A stretch of DNA of 64,000 nt, taken from contig JBFWNW010000002.1 of the NCBI GenBank assembly GCA_050250855.1, forward strand, positions 197,925-261,924. Direction: 5' to 3'. Below the pieces are notes generated by a model, which was given only the letters and a program-made list of their open reading frames with translations, was not told the DNA's origin and did no database searches. Below are positions 62,060 through 64,000 of this stretch, in pieces (the first letter of the stretch is position 1; each line of letters begins with the position of its first letter). The translations under genes were made by a program, and so were the position numbers. This DNA is from Candidatus Babeliales bacterium. GTDB taxonomy: Bacteria > Babelota > Babeliae > Babelales > JACPOV01.

Positions 62060-62593
62060 ATGAAAAATATTTTATATACGTTCATGTTTTTATCGTTTGC
62101 TGTTGCCAATGCACATGATGAGAATCAACCGTGCTATACTATTTCTGTAGTAATGCATTATAAGGATACTCTTGCTACAAAATGGCAAGAAGTAACTGAT
62201 CGTGTTGCTGCCGTAGTGCAACAGTTTGAGGATGAAGAACAAAATGAAAATACAGCAGAGAGTTTTTCTCAAGATTTAACAACGGTTGCTCAAACTATAA
62301 AAGCCCTCTATGAATTATGTGCCCCAGGTTTTTCTCACGTTGTAACAATTAATGTAGCAGATAAAGAAGAAAAAATTGATACAAATGAAAATTCTAAAGA
62401 TGTTTTAGTGCAGGTGATCTTTAAACTTTCTAAGGGCATTTCTCAAGAGCAAAGAGATGCGATAAGCTTCTTAGTGACTAACTTTAAATCACTATGTACA
62501 TCAAGCATAGAGGCTTCACTTGAAAAATTGGATGATATTTTTCAAGCTATTTTTGTTTGCGCTGAGGAAGGAAGAATTTTAATTAATACTTAA
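62060..62593 (+). CDS. Hypothetical exported protein
   Basis: Signal peptide MKNILYTFMFLSFAVANA; acidic; no recognised domain. Confidence 0.6.
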   Translation: MKNILYTFMFLSFAVANAHDENQPCYTISVVMHYKDTLATKWQEVTDRVAAVVQQFEDEEQNENTAESFSQDLTTVAQTIKALYELCAPGFSHVVTINVADKEEKIDTNENSKDVLVQVIFKLSKGISQEQRDAISFLVTNFKSLCTSSIEASLEKLDDIFQAIFVCAEEGRILINT

Positions 62594-62619
62594 TTAATCA
62601 AAGAGTGCTATTACCTATG

Positions 62620-63081
62620 AAAAATACAGTAACCCTTTTTGCTTTGCTTGGAGTTTTATCAAGTAGCGCAGAGCCAATTAAAATGCCAAGCAAAAAGATC
62701 TTAAGAAGTCGTTTAAAGCTTATTTCTGGTATTTTTAATTTTGATAAAATAACCAAGTTTTCCGATAACGTAGCCAATAAAAATATAGAGCCATTGGAGC
62801 TATCTAAATTAACTGAAGAGGCTGTTGAGTTTTATACGCTTAAGTTGACTGGTATGCTGGAGCATGATAAAAAAATGTTATCAAGGTTTATAGCTTCTCT
62901 TCCTATTAAAAGAGCTGAAGTGTTGGCTTGTTGTCTTAGAGATCATCCAAAAGCATTATTGCAGGTGTTAAAGCCTTGTGATGAAAAGACTATTACTACT
63001 GATTTTGTTGTAGAATATGATGATAGGGCTGCTGAAGGCCATATAAAATTTTTAAAAAAACTTATTAAATCCAAACTCTAA
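62620..63081 (+). CDS. Hypothetical exported protein
   Basis: Start taken at the ATG at 62620 (MKNTVTLFALLGVLSSSA); no recognised domain. Confidence 0.55.
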   Translation, partial: KNTVTLFALLGVLSSSAEPIKMPSKKILRSRLKLISGIFNFDKITKFSDNVANKNIEPLELSKLTEEAVEFYTLKLTGMLEHDKKMLSRFIASLPIKRAEVLACCLRDHPKALLQVLKPCDEKTITTDFVVEYDDRAAEGHIKFLKKLIKSKL

Positions 63082-63751
63082 TCTTTTTCCCAATAAAAAC
63101 TACTGAGCCCACATTCATGATCACCAGATGCTTGAGGAAGTTCGCATAAAATTTCCAGGCATTCTTGCTCCGAGTTAACAACAGTGATTATTTCAAGATG
63201 TTTTGTATGCAAAAGTTTGTGTTCTTGCATAACGTTGAATTGCTGTAATAAATGGCTCCAGTAACCTTCACTATTTACTATAATAATAGGCGTTTTTTGA
63301 TCAGTTCAAATTGACTGTGCACTAAAAAATCCATCAGTTCATGCAAAGTGCCATAGCCGCCAGGTAAGATAATAATGGCATCACTTGCATTATGAAATGC
63401 CGTTAATCTGTTATGCATGGTATCAACCCACAATAATTGATTTTCAGGAATTTTTTTATGCTGCGCATTATACGGCCTGAGCGCCTCTGGCATAATGCCA
63501 TATAAATAATCTAATGTTTGTGCGGTAGAACAATAGCCATCAGTAACTTCTTTCATTAACCCAGTTTGTGAGCCGCCGGTTACAAGGCCAAATCCATGCT
63601 TGCCGAGTAACGTTCCAAGGTTGTGAGCAAGTAGTTTAAAAGAGTCTGCAACCTTATTATCTGCACTACAAAAAACTGCAACGTTATAGGGTGTTTGGGA
63701 AAAGCTGTTCGGTAACCAAAAGGTTAGGATAAAAAATATAATTTTTTTCAT
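63078..63751 (-). pseudogene. LOG/TIGR00730-family (cytokinin riboside 5'-monophosphate phosphoribohydrolase-like) gene interrupted by a frameshift in a homopolymer
   Basis: Track ORF 63278..63751 carries GGSQTGLMKEV and PGGYGTLHEL, then stops. Shifting frame at the A6 run (plus-strand T6, 63293-63298) continues as PIIIVNSEGYWSHLLQQFNVMQEHKLL...VVNSEQECLEIL... to a stop at 63078-63080, which is the expected LOG C-terminus. Confidence 0.75.
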
Positions 63752-63768
63752 GGGTTCTCACAATAATA

Positions 63769-64000
63769 TTAAGGGATATCATCAAAGTCACAAGGCAGGT
63801 CACTGAAAGCTAACTCTGGGGCCGGTTTATTTAGGTTTATTTTTTTTTCTCCTTGCAAAGCTAAGAGTTCTTGTAAGGGTAATTCAAAAACTTCGTTATT
63901 AGGATCTTTAATGAATAATGATTTTTGTGTCAAGAAAAAATTTTCCTTAAGATATTTATTAAAAATAAGTTTAAGTTTTGCTTTTTGAGAAGGGCTTTGT
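63769..64000 (-). CDS. C-terminal fragment of a hypothetical protein (5' end beyond window)
   Basis: The minus-strand frame is open from the window edge to the stop at 63769-63771 (...ELPLQELLALQGEKKINLNKPAPELAFSDLPCDFDDIP). It is absent from the track because there is no start codon in the window. Confidence 0.35.
   Translation of the reverse strand, partial: QSPSQKAKLKLIFNKYLKENFFLTQKSLFIKDPNNEVFELPLQELLALQGEKKINLNKPAPELAFSDLPCDFDDIP

Noticed and set aside
51339-63751. Classical integrase-mediated genomic island at the tRNA genes
   Set aside because: No integrase or recombinase gene was recognised, and no downstream direct repeat of either tRNA 3' end was found by eye. It is kept only as a weaker accessory-region hypothesis in the findings.

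Overview
AT-rich (about one-third GC by eye), densely coding bacterial chromosomal window. All calls rest on motif recognition from the translated ORFs and on reading the DNA; no searches were run. Housekeeping genes: ybeY, valS, tyrS, a deoxynucleoside kinase, rlmB-like, ftsQ-like/ftsA/ftsZ, a GT2 glycosyltransferase, pgeF, secA, galE, hisS, cdsA, yraN, a GspE/PilB ATPase, a tamB-like gene, rluD, mgtE, tRNA-Lys(UUU) and tRNA-Glu(UUC). Between them lie many lineage-specific ORFs with N-terminal signal peptides, three ankyrin-type proteins (one ending in a CaaX-like CIIV), and several tandem paralogue families that share near-identical DNA blocks. After the tRNAs comes a stretch of enzymes with signal-like N-termini: ALO-type FAD oxidase, SAMHD1-like HD hydrolase, phosphodiester glycosidase, alpha/beta hydrolase, and a LOG gene broken by a homopolymer frameshift. 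The gene content (ankyrins, nucleoside salvage, diderm envelope genes, few biosynthetic genes) suggests a host-associated or intracellular diderm, possibly Dependentiae/TM6-like; that is inference only. The most striking non-coding signal is a system of GC-rich intergenic repeats at 11 or more loci. One class is an 85-105 bp palindromic unit with arm GTTCG[CT]A[CT]CCTTCGACAAGCTCAGG. The other is a 130-500 bp mosaic element built from shared modules in both orientations. One small GIY-YIG nuclease gene is tightly bracketed by two palindromic units, and this cassette interrupts a minus-strand housekeeping gene string. I flag it as the best candidate for an undescribed nuclease-plus-repeat (REP/RAYT-like) system. 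No CRISPR array, rRNA, transposase or integrase was recognised.
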